Shown piece by piece: positions 9,933 through 18,910 of a DNA stretch of 36,434 nucleotides. This DNA is from Bdellovibrionia bacterium (GTDB lineage Bacteria; Bdellovibrionota; UBA1018): the NCBI GenBank assembly GCA_045805065.1, contig JBJMMA010000217.1, positions 1 through 36,434 on the forward strand. Direction: 5' to 3'. The position numbers were made by a program, and so were the translations under genes. The first letter of the stretch is position 1. Each line of letters opens with the position of its first letter. Below the pieces are notes generated by a model. That model was given only the letters and a program-made list of their open reading frames with translations, was not told the origin of the DNA and searched no databases.

Positions 9933-10757
9933 CTATCGGCAGTGTTTTTGGAGAAACTGCATGACATCGTCAAACCAGATGGCATGCCCTAAATAAGCAA
10001 AACTGTGACCGTCTCTGTTTGTTGTGCCAAAAGAAGGGTAAATTTTCAATTCGCTGACTTTACCGGCAGACTTCATTTCAGCGGATAGAATCCTACTGGG
10101 TTCTAGGTTAAAGTCGTTCTCCGCTTGAAAGAAAAAGATGGGTGATTTTGACTTTCGGACAGAGGTCTTCAGTAGGCTTTGCAATATGGGCGCTTTTTCC
10201 CAGCTTTCCGCCGCGCCGGAAGCGTCTACGGCTGCGCAATAGTCTGCTTCACTTGCCCCAAAGACGACTTCAATGCCTCCAAAAGAATTACCTGCCACGG
10301 CAATTCTTCCTTTTAGAACATTGTCTTGTTCTTTCAGCCATTTTAATGCAGCCATTTGATCATTCAGATGGTCCTCTTTAAGAAGTTGGACCATTTTCGC
10401 AGCTGCTGACCGTTCTCCGCCAGTTTCGGCGGCCTTTTTAATTTCATCACCGATGTAAGGGCCGGCTTCCGAGCTCAAGCCTTGCCCTCTACGGTAAGGC
10501 ATAAAGAAGATCCAACCGCGTGCGGCAAAGAGAGGTCCCAGCTGTTTACTTGCCTCGCTGTTGAGCATGCCTGGTGCGCTTCCGTGATTGTAGAGGACAG
10601 CTGGAAAAGGGCCTTTGCCTGAAGGCACGTACATTTCTCCGCCCAGATTCAGGTCGCCATTTTCAAAATGGACAATCCGTGGCGGGTCAACTTTGCTGAC
10701 ACCAGCGTGAGTTGAAACACTCATTGTGAGGACCAATAAGAGAAGGACTATCTTCAT
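9933..10757 (-). CDS. Secreted alpha/beta serine hydrolase (dienelactone hydrolase / S9-like)
   Basis: Signal peptide, PSGKGPFPAVLYNHGS, nucleophile elbow GNSFGG, candidate Asp (END) and His (DGHS). Confidence 0.85.
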   Translation of the reverse strand: MKIVLLLLVLTMSVSTHAGVSKVDPPRIVHFENGDLNLGGEMYVPSGKGPFPAVLYNHGSAPGMLNSEASKQLGPLFAARGWIFFMPYRRGQGLSSEAGPYIGDEIKKAAETGGERSAAAKMVQLLKEDHLNDQMAALKWLKEQDNVLKGRIAVAGNSFGGIEVVFGASEADYCAAVDASGAAESWEKAPILQSLLKTSVRKSKSPIFFFQAENDFNLEPSRILSAEMKSAGKVSELKIYPSFGTTNRDGHSFAYLGHAIWFDDVMQFLQKHCR

Positions 10758-10767
10758 TGCCAGAGTC

Positions 10768-11535
10768 TTATTTCGCCAGGGCCGAAAGCGACTTTTGAGC
10801 CGCAGGCAAAAGCTCTCGCTCTTTGCGACTTTTACTTTGGGTCATCTTGGCCCAATCGAGCCATTTAGGATCCTGAGGATTGGAGATCAAAGGGATGGGC
10901 TTGGCGGGCGCGGCTTGATGGATTTTAGTATCGAGCTGTTGTTCGGATTGCAAAGCGGCGCGAGGATAGTCTACGAGTTTGCGCTGAGCGAGGCGGGTCG
11001 CTGTTTCAATAATATTAGTGTACTGAGAATAGGTGATCGGCTGATTGATCTGGTTGGTGACCCAGGACTTCCAGGCTCCGGCAAAGCGTTTGTGAAAGTT
11101 AATATCCGTCTTTTTCGCAGCAATCGCACGGTCCGCGATCAAGCGCCAGGCTCTGGAATCACCGTGCCCTGAGCACGCGATCTCGGTCTGACCAATTCGT
11201 CCATCCATGGCTGAGTAGTCGCGCGCGGAATTAATGTCCTTGATCGGATACGAGGCTGCGCGATCGCGAATGGTCCAATAAGCTTGAGGAAGGTTAGGAG
11301 GGCGAGAGAGAAGAGCAAAGCCTTCAGTTACCATTGCGTCGCTGAACGGAGCGCTTGCGGGATATCTTTTGATGAAGTCATCAATCCTGGCCTGACGGTC
11401 CTTGCAAGCTTTGGCGATGGTCTGAAGCGCTACCGTCTCCTTGGGTGTCAGGCTTGCGTAAGCTGAAAATGACCCGAAAGCCAGAAGAGAGGCAGCCAGA
11501 TAAAGCACCTTCCCGCGCGACGATTTGGTTTGCAT
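10768..11535 (-). CDS. Secreted hypothetical protein
   Basis: 255-aa ORF with signal peptide ending SAYA; 10 nt upstream of the hydrolase gene, probably co-transcribed. Confidence 0.78.
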   Translation of the reverse strand: MQTKSSRGKVLYLAASLLAFGSFSAYASLTPKETVALQTIAKACKDRQARIDDFIKRYPASAPFSDAMVTEGFALLSRPPNLPQAYWTIRDRAASYPIKDINSARDYSAMDGRIGQTEIACSGHGDSRAWRLIADRAIAAKKTDINFHKRFAGAWKSWVTNQINQPITYSQYTNIIETATRLAQRKLVDYPRAALQSEQQLDTKIHQAAPAKPIPLISNPQDPKWLDWAKMTQSKSRKERELLPAAQKSLSALAK

Positions 11536-11541
11536 AAATTA

Positions 11542-11570
11542 AGTATAAGAAATCAGACATGAGCCGACAA
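11542..11570 (-). promoter_or_regulatory. Putative sigma70 promoter, leaderless
   Basis: Minus strand TTGTCG-17 nt-TATACT-6 nt-ATG 11535; no SD. Confidence 0.75.
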
Positions 11571-11600
11571 GTCCGATTGAAAAACGGCAGATATTGCCGG

Positions 11601-11628
11601 TTGTGAGTCGGGGAGAGGGGTTTACAAT
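11601..11628 (+). promoter_or_regulatory. Putative sigma70 promoter of surE, leaderless
   Basis: TTGTGA-16 nt-TACAAT-6 nt-ATG 11635. Confidence 0.7.
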
Positions 11629-11634
11629 GAGAGT

Positions 11635-12441
11635 ATGCGGATCCTCTTGTCCAACGATGACAGCGTTCATGCTCCAGGTCTCAAGATCTTGCAGAAAGAG
11701 CTCAGCAAGCTCGGAACGGTCTATGTGGTTGCGCCACTCGAAGAGAAAAGCATCACCGGCCACTCTCTCACGCTTCATAAGCCGTTGCGATTGATTGAGA
11801 TGGGTAAAAACTTTTACGGCGTGAGCGGATCTCCTGCCGATTGCGTTTATCTGGGGATTCGGCAGGTCATCGGAAAAATGCCTGATCTTGTGATTTCAGG
11901 GCCTAATCGGGGCGCAAACCTGGGCCAGGATGTTTACTATTCGGGAACAGTTTCTGCCGCGCGCGAAGCCTGTATTTTAGGAATTCCATCCATGGCAGTC
12001 AGTCTTGCGGTGGATTTCCAGAAGATAGTTCCTGAAAGTGCGTTGCATTATGCAAGCGCCGCTAAGATGGCGGTGCGCGTTTTGCGCGGCATGAGAAAAC
12101 TTCAGCTTCCAGCGCATACGCTTCTCAATCTCAACGTTCCTGATTTGCCAATGAATCGAATTAAGGGCATTCAGCTCACACGACAGGGATTTCGCTACTA
12201 CAGTGGAAATATCCTGCGCCGTAAGGACCACCGTGGCAAAGATTACTTCTGGGTCGGGGGGAAGTACAAAGGTTTCAGGAAGGAAATGGGAACCGATTGC
12301 TATGCAGTTGAGTCAGGTTTTGCCTCACTCACGCCTTTGAAATTAGATTCGACTGACCTGCAGTGTCTGGCTTCATTCTTGGATAGCTCGGATCAGTTCG
12401 ATTTGCCCGCTGACAGTCGTGCGTCGCGGCGAAGAAAATAA
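11635..12441 (+). CDS. surE: 5'/3'-nucleotidase SurE
   Basis: MRILLSNDD..APG, VVAP, GSPADCV, PDLVISG.N.G.NLG.DV.YSGTVSAA, LNLNVP, SLTPL. Confidence 0.95.
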   Translation: MRILLSNDDSVHAPGLKILQKELSKLGTVYVVAPLEEKSITGHSLTLHKPLRLIEMGKNFYGVSGSPADCVYLGIRQVIGKMPDLVISGPNRGANLGQDVYYSGTVSAAREACILGIPSMAVSLAVDFQKIVPESALHYASAAKMAVRVLRGMRKLQLPAHTLLNLNVPDLPMNRIKGIQLTRQGFRYYSGNILRRKDHRGKDYFWVGGKYKGFRKEMGTDCYAVESGFASLTPLKLDSTDLQCLASFLDSSDQFDLPADSRASRRRK

Positions 12442-12451
12442 AAGGAAACGA

Positions 12452-13219
12452 ATGAGGTTTATTGTTTCACTCATGGCTTTTGCGTTGCTCACGGGATGCT
12501 CCAGCGTCTCGCCGAGCCATTCAGGCAGGCACGGCCTGTTTGATGACTTAGCCATGGGATCTAATGGACATCATGAAGCACGGGCAAGCTCAGGGCGCGC
12601 GATCGCGGTTCAGGATCTTCCTGCAAGGCCTACCGGAAATCCTGTGATCGATAAGCCGCGAAGCAAGAAAGAGCGCGCTGAGAAGGCTGCAGCTCTTGAA
12701 GCATCGCCTCAGGCCGTTGAGCTCAAGAACGCTGGCCTCCATTGGCCGTTGAATCAAGTCGAAGTAACCTCCCATTTTGGAAAACGCGGACACGAATTCC
12801 ATGAAGGTATTGATCTTCGGGCAAGTATCGGCACACCCATTTATGCGGCGCAATCGGGAACTGTGATTTACTCGGACTCAAGAATTCGCGGCTACGGTAG
12901 AATGATTGTCATCAAGCATCGCGAAGGGCTTGCAACGGTTTACGCCCACGCCTCAAAACTTTTGGTCCATAAAGGCCAGAAGGTAAAAATGGGCCAGAAG
13001 ATCGCGATCTCCGGAAAAAGTGGGCACGCGACCGGACCTCACCTTCACTTCGAAGTCAGAAGCGGCGTGATTGCGGTCAATCCTTACCAGTTTCTTCCAA
13101 AAACCAATATCGAAGTCGCTCAGGTGGCATCTCATCAAGAGAAGACTTCAAAGAAACGCCGTCATAAACATCCCCATGCGACCGTACTTGCGATGCGCTC
13201 AGGCGCCCAAAAGCGTTAG
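12452..13219 (+). CDS. M23 metallopeptidase lipoprotein (NlpD-like, no LysM seen)
   Basis: Lipobox LTGC from ATG 12452 with AAGGA SD; HEGID, YAH, TGPHLHFEVR; position after surE. Confidence 0.88.
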   Translation: MRFIVSLMAFALLTGCSSVSPSHSGRHGLFDDLAMGSNGHHEARASSGRAIAVQDLPARPTGNPVIDKPRSKKERAEKAAALEASPQAVELKNAGLHWPLNQVEVTSHFGKRGHEFHEGIDLRASIGTPIYAAQSGTVIYSDSRIRGYGRMIVIKHREGLATVYAHASKLLVHKGQKVKMGQKIAISGKSGHATGPHLHFEVRSGVIAVNPYQFLPKTNIEVAQVASHQEKTSKKRRHKHPHATVLAMRSGAQKR

Positions 13220-16200
13220 TGCGATGCCGGTACTGGTACCGCAGAGGAGCTGACGATCTTCACTGGCAAGCTGGACAGTGTTGTCTGATCTGCCATTCGA
13301 ATTGATAGTGCTCCCGTTGCGTAATACTTGCCTTGGGTAAAGAGCGGGTGCTTCAGCAGGATTGAGCTCTCGGGTGAGAATGCAAAACTTACATCAAAGC
13401 GCGGGGCTGCTCCTTTGATCTCAACTTTTCCTTTCTCTGGCGCAAAGTTGAGAATCTCAGTTGAGACAAAACTTCCGTTGCCGTTTCGGATGGTCGCGCC
13501 TTCGATCCTGACTGCGTACTTGGATCCGGCCCTTGGCACAATGAATACTTTTTCTTCATCGGTGGAGCCTGTGCCACTTCCAGCGAGCGAGCAGCGCGTA
13601 TCGGTTGGGTTTTGAGCGTCGGCGGGACACTCCATGACATAGACGTCGATATCGTTCTCTGGAGATTGTCCGGTAAGAATGCTGACGCTGATGACTTTCT
13701 CCGGATAGCTGCGCAGAATTCCCAGCGGGCTCTCAATGTACTTGGACTCGTCTTGCGCGATGGTTGCCTTGGTTTCGGCGTTCAGGCTGACCAGCTCATA
13801 GTCGCTTGCCTGGGTCTCAGGCTTTGCTGCGAATGAGCTATCCTTTAAAAGCCAGTTCACGGAGCCATTGAGCGCGGTAGTGTCGCCGCTGATTCCCTTA
13901 AGGCTAGTGTCGCCATTAACGTAATCGACTCTGAGTTTGTACTGTGACATCGGATAGCGGTATTGGCCAAAAACGTGAACATCCCAAAGGCCCGATCGCG
14001 GGTTAGTGCGAGTCACGACAAGCTCATGCAACTTCGGATTCAGAAGCGGCGCACCGGTTCCGTTTCCGAGTGTCGCATCGCAGTTATAGGCGCGCGCCTT
14101 AGTGCGATCTTCAACGGCCTTGGAAATGTTCTGTCCTTCATAAGCCATCAGTTCAACGCCGGAGCAAAATTCATTGGCAGCAACGCTACCGTTTGCATCT
14201 GTTTTGATCGGAGGGACGCTGAGGCTCATTTTCAGAACGCTCGTTCCTGGAGGAACCATCACGTAGTGACGATCCACCCCAAAGGAAGGCACCTTTTTCT
14301 GAACCTCAAGAGCTGAGCCCTGGGCCATGACTTTTTCAGGAACGCTCAAAAAGACCGGGACGATGAAGGATGCAATCGGCGAAACTTGTGCTCCCACTTT
14401 TCGATAAGCATAGACCAGAGCACCATGATCACCGGGGGGAAGCTGCGAGATCTTCTCTCGATCCAGACAAAGATTCAGGATGCTCCCTGTAAAAGCGTTG
14501 TAACTTCCGACGCCATCGACAACGCTGATGGCCACACCTTGCCCGACGACCGTGAGATCTGACACGGGGCTTGTCATGCAATCTGCGGATTCCTGAACTC
14601 CGGCTTTGAGCCAGGATTCATTGGATCCGTAGATCACCGTACGAAGCGCGAATCGGTCCGCGGTGGACTTGAGTTGCTCAGTCAGCTCTCCTGCTGATTC
14701 GCCCGCAGCATAAAGCTCAGGCAGGGAGCGTTTGATGAACACCGAGCGGTAACGAGATGGATCATTGGCGGTCAGATAAACGCCTGCGCCAAAGACAGGA
14801 GTGCCGTTCACGATCTTGGTGCCGTTATAGGAGTTGCTATTGGGTGCGTGAAAAGAAGTGACGACTTCATAATCAAGCTCCACAGGTTGATCTCCCAAGG
14901 TTACGGCCGTTGGAAGTTTTGAGTCGCGAAGAGCAAAAAGCGCTCGCCATGCTGACTTGAGATCCACCATTCCGGTACCTTGGTCGGCCCAGGTGTATTG
15001 TCCTTGAGACTTTGCGCCGGATGAATCATCCAGTCGGGTGACATCAAAAGGACGCGCGGATTCGATCAGGACTCGACGGAGGGTCAAAGCATCGGTTGTG
15101 AGTTTTTCTTGCGGTTGTGGATGGCGCTCGTTGTATTTCTTGATGGCATCCAAAAGCAGAGCATAGGAACCCGTGACCGTTGGAGCTGCCATGGATGTTC
15201 CCCAATAGACGTCCAGGCCCCCGCGAACTTCTGACGCCGTATTAAATGGGACGGAGCTCAGCTCAGTTCCTGGCGCACTCAGGTTGGGCTTGAATCCACC
15301 GTTAGCACTGGGTCCACGGCTACTGAAAAAGAGCATGAAGTCTTCGCTTGGATCAGCGAAAGAAGAATTTCCAGCTCCAGGCCACTCGTACTGCTGGCGG
15401 ATCAAGGAGCGCGTTGCTGTGGCTCCGACAGAAAGCGCAAGGCGAGCGACGGATGGGCTGCCTACGGTTTGTCTTCCCGGCCCGGAATTTCCCGCCGATA
15501 CAATGACTGCCGTGTTTCTGACTGAGACCAGGCGATTGAGGAGCGTTTCGCCAACGCCCACGCCGTCGTTGGATGCGCTCAGGGAGCCGAGTGACATGTT
15601 GATGACTTCGGCACCGCCGTTGACTGCAAGGTCTGCCACGCCAGCATTTGAGCTGCAGCCTGAGTTATTTGCGCAAACGCGAGCCATGGCGATTTGAGCT
15701 TCAGGGGCGACACCGCGAGCAAGAGTTGTTGCGAGGTCATTTGCGATCGTCTTTGATCCTGCGGCGATGCCCGAGACATGGGTGCCATGGGCGCCAGGGT
15801 CAAAGCCGACGAACGAGACCGCGCGAACGGGAATTGCTTTCGTCCCATCTTTGCTTGGCAGCTGCGCATCGCGGAAAGCAAATCCGATCTTTTCCGCAAA
15901 GACACGCATCGTATCATGACTTGCATTGAAGTCGCGAAGCGCTACTGACTTTCTGAAGTCCAGAGTCCCGGTTGAATCAAAGTAGACGCGCTCTGGAAGA
16001 GTGCCTGAAGCAGGGAAGTAAAGGACACGAAGAAGGTCATTCTTCTTTCCGTTAGCGTTCAGATCGACTGCATCCGAGAGTGAGTTCAGGCGTTCCTCAA
16101 AGATCACGCCAAATTTCGCACCCGAGGCGTTGGGAGCCAGAAGAAGCGCGCGTTCTTCGGCGTTCACCTTGATCTTTAAATTCTCCACTTTCTTGAATTC

Positions 16201-17091
16201 ATCTCCCGCAGGCATGGCAGGAACTGTGGGACTCTCGATATAATCAGCCGTGATGGATAGATCTTCTTCTGATCCGTTTGGCGATCCGTTTGGTACGGCG
16301 CTCGCCGTCAACTGGGCGCTTGGATGAATGTAGACGGTGCCATCGCCCGTGAAATCCTGGATGCGGTTGATTCTGACTTTTCCGCTGAGCTGTGAGCGGA
16401 AGGTCGGATGATTGTAGGTGATGCCGCTGTCAGCGATTCCGATCTGAACGGAAGAGCCATCGACTTTGACGCCTCCACCGATATCGGCTTCAGCCTGCTT
16501 GACGAACTCAATGGCGCCGATTCGTTCAAGGCCGCTATAAGAAGAATGCTCAGAGCGCGGATCAATGGAAAGCGCTTCGTTTTGTTCTTGAGAGAGAGCC
16601 TGAATCTCCTGGATCTCGCCTTTGTTATAGACCAGAGGCTCAACGATGATCTCGCGGTTTTTGATGCGAAGGGTTTTCAACGCACGCGTGAGCTCCGGCT
16701 CATAAGGGAGCATGATCTCAAAGTATCCCACTTCAGGAATCGAGCTTTGAGCGATTGCCCCGATGGCTTGCGTGCTCTCAAATACGTTTTCGATCTCCTG
16801 CTTGAGAATCGCCCGGCGCTCAGCCATGGGCTTTGAAGCGATGTTTTGCTGGATCTGCGCAAAGCTATCGCGGCTGAATGTTCCTTCCAGCCGATACAAG
16901 AGGCGATCTCCCACGCGCTGAACCTGGATCGGGGTCTCGTTGCTCAAAACAACGGTTCTGGATTCGCCGGCCTTATAATCCGCAATATTTAGATCCGGGC
17001 CACGAAGATCTGGAGCGTGTACGCTTGGAGACGAGCTGGAACAAGCCGTGATCAGCAATAAAACAGTAAGACTAGCTAGCTTGTGAATCAT
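13216..17091 (-). CDS. Large S8 subtilase lipoprotein (TPP II/pyrolysin-like D-H insertion)
   Basis: Triad IADSG, HGTHVSGIAAG, GTSMAAP; SAGNSG oxyanion motif; lipobox ITAC; GGGGGAG SD before ATG 17091 (alternative start 17121). Confidence 0.92.
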   Translation of the reverse strand: MIHKLASLTVLLLITACSSSSPSVHAPDLRGPDLNIADYKAGESRTVVLSNETPIQVQRVGDRLLYRLEGTFSRDSFAQIQQNIASKPMAERRAILKQEIENVFESTQAIGAIAQSSIPEVGYFEIMLPYEPELTRALKTLRIKNREIIVEPLVYNKGEIQEIQALSQEQNEALSIDPRSEHSSYSGLERIGAIEFVKQAEADIGGGVKVDGSSVQIGIADSGITYNHPTFRSQLSGKVRINRIQDFTGDGTVYIHPSAQLTASAVPNGSPNGSEEDLSITADYIESPTVPAMPAGDEFKKVENLKIKVNAEERALLLAPNASGAKFGVIFEERLNSLSDAVDLNANGKKNDLLRVLYFPASGTLPERVYFDSTGTLDFRKSVALRDFNASHDTMRVFAEKIGFAFRDAQLPSKDGTKAIPVRAVSFVGFDPGAHGTHVSGIAAGSKTIANDLATTLARGVAPEAQIAMARVCANNSGCSSNAGVADLAVNGGAEVINMSLGSLSASNDGVGVGETLLNRLVSVRNTAVIVSAGNSGPGRQTVGSPSVARLALSVGATATRSLIRQQYEWPGAGNSSFADPSEDFMLFFSSRGPSANGGFKPNLSAPGTELSSVPFNTASEVRGGLDVYWGTSMAAPTVTGSYALLLDAIKKYNERHPQPQEKLTTDALTLRRVLIESARPFDVTRLDDSSGAKSQGQYTWADQGTGMVDLKSAWRALFALRDSKLPTAVTLGDQPVELDYEVVTSFHAPNSNSYNGTKIVNGTPVFGAGVYLTANDPSRYRSVFIKRSLPELYAAGESAGELTEQLKSTADRFALRTVIYGSNESWLKAGVQESADCMTSPVSDLTVVGQGVAISVVDGVGSYNAFTGSILNLCLDREKISQLPPGDHGALVYAYRKVGAQVSPIASFIVPVFLSVPEKVMAQGSALEVQKKVPSFGVDRHYVMVPPGTSVLKMSLSVPPIKTDANGSVAANEFCSGVELMAYEGQNISKAVEDRTKARAYNCDATLGNGTGAPLLNPKLHELVVTRTNPRSGLWDVHVFGQYRYPMSQYKLRVDYVNGDTSLKGISGDTTALNGSVNWLLKDSSFAAKPETQASDYELVSLNAETKATIAQDESKYIESPLGILRSYPEKVISVSILTGQSPENDIDVYVMECPADAQNPTDTRCSLAGSGTGSTDEEKVFIVPRAGSKYAVRIEGATIRNGNGSFVSTEILNFAPEKGKVEIKGAAPRFDVSFAFSPESSILLKHPLFTQGKYYATGALSIRMADQTTLSSLPVKIVSSSAVPVPASH

Positions 17092-17130
17092 GAATCTCGC
17101 TCCCCCCGAAGCATCGTTCATATAAAATAC

Positions 17131-18270
17131 TTAGAGATAAAAAGACCCCATTAAGAAGCCTGATGTCTCGTTTTGATCCAATGCGGAGTTATACTCCCGA
17201 CCCAGCTGGGCCTGAAACTCAAAGTGTGGCCTTGGGTAAAATAAAATGCCTGGCGCAAAAGAGTGATCATGCGCCGTAGGCTCGCCCAAGTGCGAGAAAT
17301 TGTTCTGATGTTGAATGTAAAAGTGTAGCCCTTGGATCAGCTCGTAACCTAAGCGATTAAACGAGACAAATCCTGAGGCGCCGCTGTTTGTTTGACTGAT
17401 GCCATGGCGGAACTGCCAATCCCATTCCGTTAACAGATAAAAACGCTCAGTAAATCCTAGGATTCCGTAGGGGCCTGCGACTTGGCGAGATGCGCCCGTG
17501 CTATAACCTTGGAAAAAACTCAGGCCGAATTTGTATTTCTCAGCCAGATGAATGGCTCCCGTGAGAGCGAGACCTTGCTCGCTTTTGAGGTTGGTTCGCT
17601 CAGGTCTTCCAAAAACTCCGGTAACGGCTCCCGAAAAGCGCTCGCCCTGATAGCCGGCCTCTAAGTTGTAACTCTCTGCGTAAGGTCCAAAGCCCAAGCC
17701 CTGGCGAATGGAAACCGTATGATCGGGCTCATGGATTCCGTAATCCATCATGAACCGACCCAGGCGAAGAGACGTGTTCTCAAGCGCACCACTGTCAGGA
17801 CGGTACATGACATAATGCTCGCGACTGAAGAATTTGTTATCGGTCGTGGGTTTTCCGCTCAGAGTGTTTGGATTGAGTCCGCCCGTGGCAACGACGGTGA
17901 ATTGATTAACGACGGCCGAGGCGGAAAGATCAGCCTGCATGAACTGAGAATCACCAGAGCTTGCTTGCGGCGTATCTTGATAAACCTGAATTCCGCGAAC
18001 AAATGCCTGGATTTGAAACGCTTCAGGAAGGGGCGCGACGCCATACATCGGAAGTGATTCGCGCTCCTGCCCGTAGGCGCTTAAGACCGCTTGAGAAGTG
18101 GAGCGTCCGTAGGCATTCAGGATTCCGCCACCGCTTGGGCTGGAGTGACATGCGGTGCAGTTTGAGTAACCATGACGGACCATCTCAGGAAATGCATAGG
18201 CATTTGAGGTGAGTGTGCTTGCTCCTAAAAGCAAGGCGGTCATGAATGGCGTGTGGCGGAGAAAATTCAC
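17131..18270 (-). CDS. Cytochrome c-porin fusion (Cyc2-like outer-membrane beta-barrel with N-terminal CxxCH)
   Basis: Signal peptide ending AYA; FPEMVRHGYSN-CTACH-SSPSGGGILNAYGR; remainder amphipathic aromatic beta strands ending GFLMGSFYL. Confidence 0.72.
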   Translation of the reverse strand: MNFLRHTPFMTALLLGASTLTSNAYAFPEMVRHGYSNCTACHSSPSGGGILNAYGRSTSQAVLSAYGQERESLPMYGVAPLPEAFQIQAFVRGIQVYQDTPQASSGDSQFMQADLSASAVVNQFTVVATGGLNPNTLSGKPTTDNKFFSREHYVMYRPDSGALENTSLRLGRFMMDYGIHEPDHTVSIRQGLGFGPYAESYNLEAGYQGERFSGAVTGVFGRPERTNLKSEQGLALTGAIHLAEKYKFGLSFFQGYSTGASRQVAGPYGILGFTERFYLLTEWDWQFRHGISQTNSGASGFVSFNRLGYELIQGLHFYIQHQNNFSHLGEPTAHDHSFAPGILFYPRPHFEFQAQLGREYNSALDQNETSGFLMGSFYL

Positions 18271-18893
18271 TTCTTTTTGGTTCCTTGCGCTGGTGCTGAT
18301 GCGGGTGAGGACTCTGCTGCTTTTGCCTGAACATCCACGTCGATATCGATATGGTCAGCGACTTTCACTCCCATGTAGGTCGGAATATCGATCTTATAAT
18401 CAGTGATCTGCGTACCAAATTCGACATGGCCTGTGGCAGCGCCTGCATTGCTTATGATCGTAGCTGTCCCTTTGACGGGTTTCGTCTCACCATGAAGCGT
18501 GAGATCGCCTTCCATCGGCAACTTTTCCGCGGAAAACCCGCTCGGAGTGAAATCGCGTGGAAGTGTGAGTTTAGTGATCTTGAATTTCGCTGTCGGGTTC
18601 TTGTCGGTTTGAAGGTATTTTTCCTTCATATGGCGATCACGAAGATCGATTCCCGTGTTGAGGGAATTCTCATCAAAGGTGAGCTCGCCCGAGACTTCTT
18701 TGCCGCTGATCTGAATCTGTCCTTGAGGAGCCGATCCCTTGCCACGGATTTTGATCGCGCTTGGTTTTCCAATCGCAAGAAATCCAACGTTTCCGCCTGT
18801 CACTTGATAGCTTTGAGCGTTTGCAGCGAGCGCACTTGCGGCTGCAAACGAGCTGAGTACTGCAAACATGGTAGCAAAGTGATTTCTTTTCAT
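18267..18893 (-). CDS. YceI-family lipid/polyisoprenoid-binding periplasmic protein
   Basis: Signal peptide; SLNTGIDLRDRHM...YL.....P.A.F and GDLTLHG.TKPV signatures; AAGGAG SD. Confidence 0.92.
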   Translation of the reverse strand: MKRNHFATMFAVLSSFAAASALAANAQSYQVTGGNVGFLAIGKPSAIKIRGKGSAPQGQIQISGKEVSGELTFDENSLNTGIDLRDRHMKEKYLQTDKNPTAKFKITKLTLPRDFTPSGFSAEKLPMEGDLTLHGETKPVKGTATIISNAGAATGHVEFGTQITDYKIDIPTYMGVKVADHIDIDVDVQAKAAESSPASAPAQGTKKK

Positions 18894-18910
18894 AAGCGAT
18901 GAGCTCCTTT

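Noticed and set aside
10726..11172. 148-aa plus-strand ORF
   Set aside because: Antisense shadow of the minus-strand gene, which has a signal peptide and a strong promoter
18351..18902. 183-aa plus-strand ORF
   Set aside because: Antisense to the YceI gene; no recognisable motif
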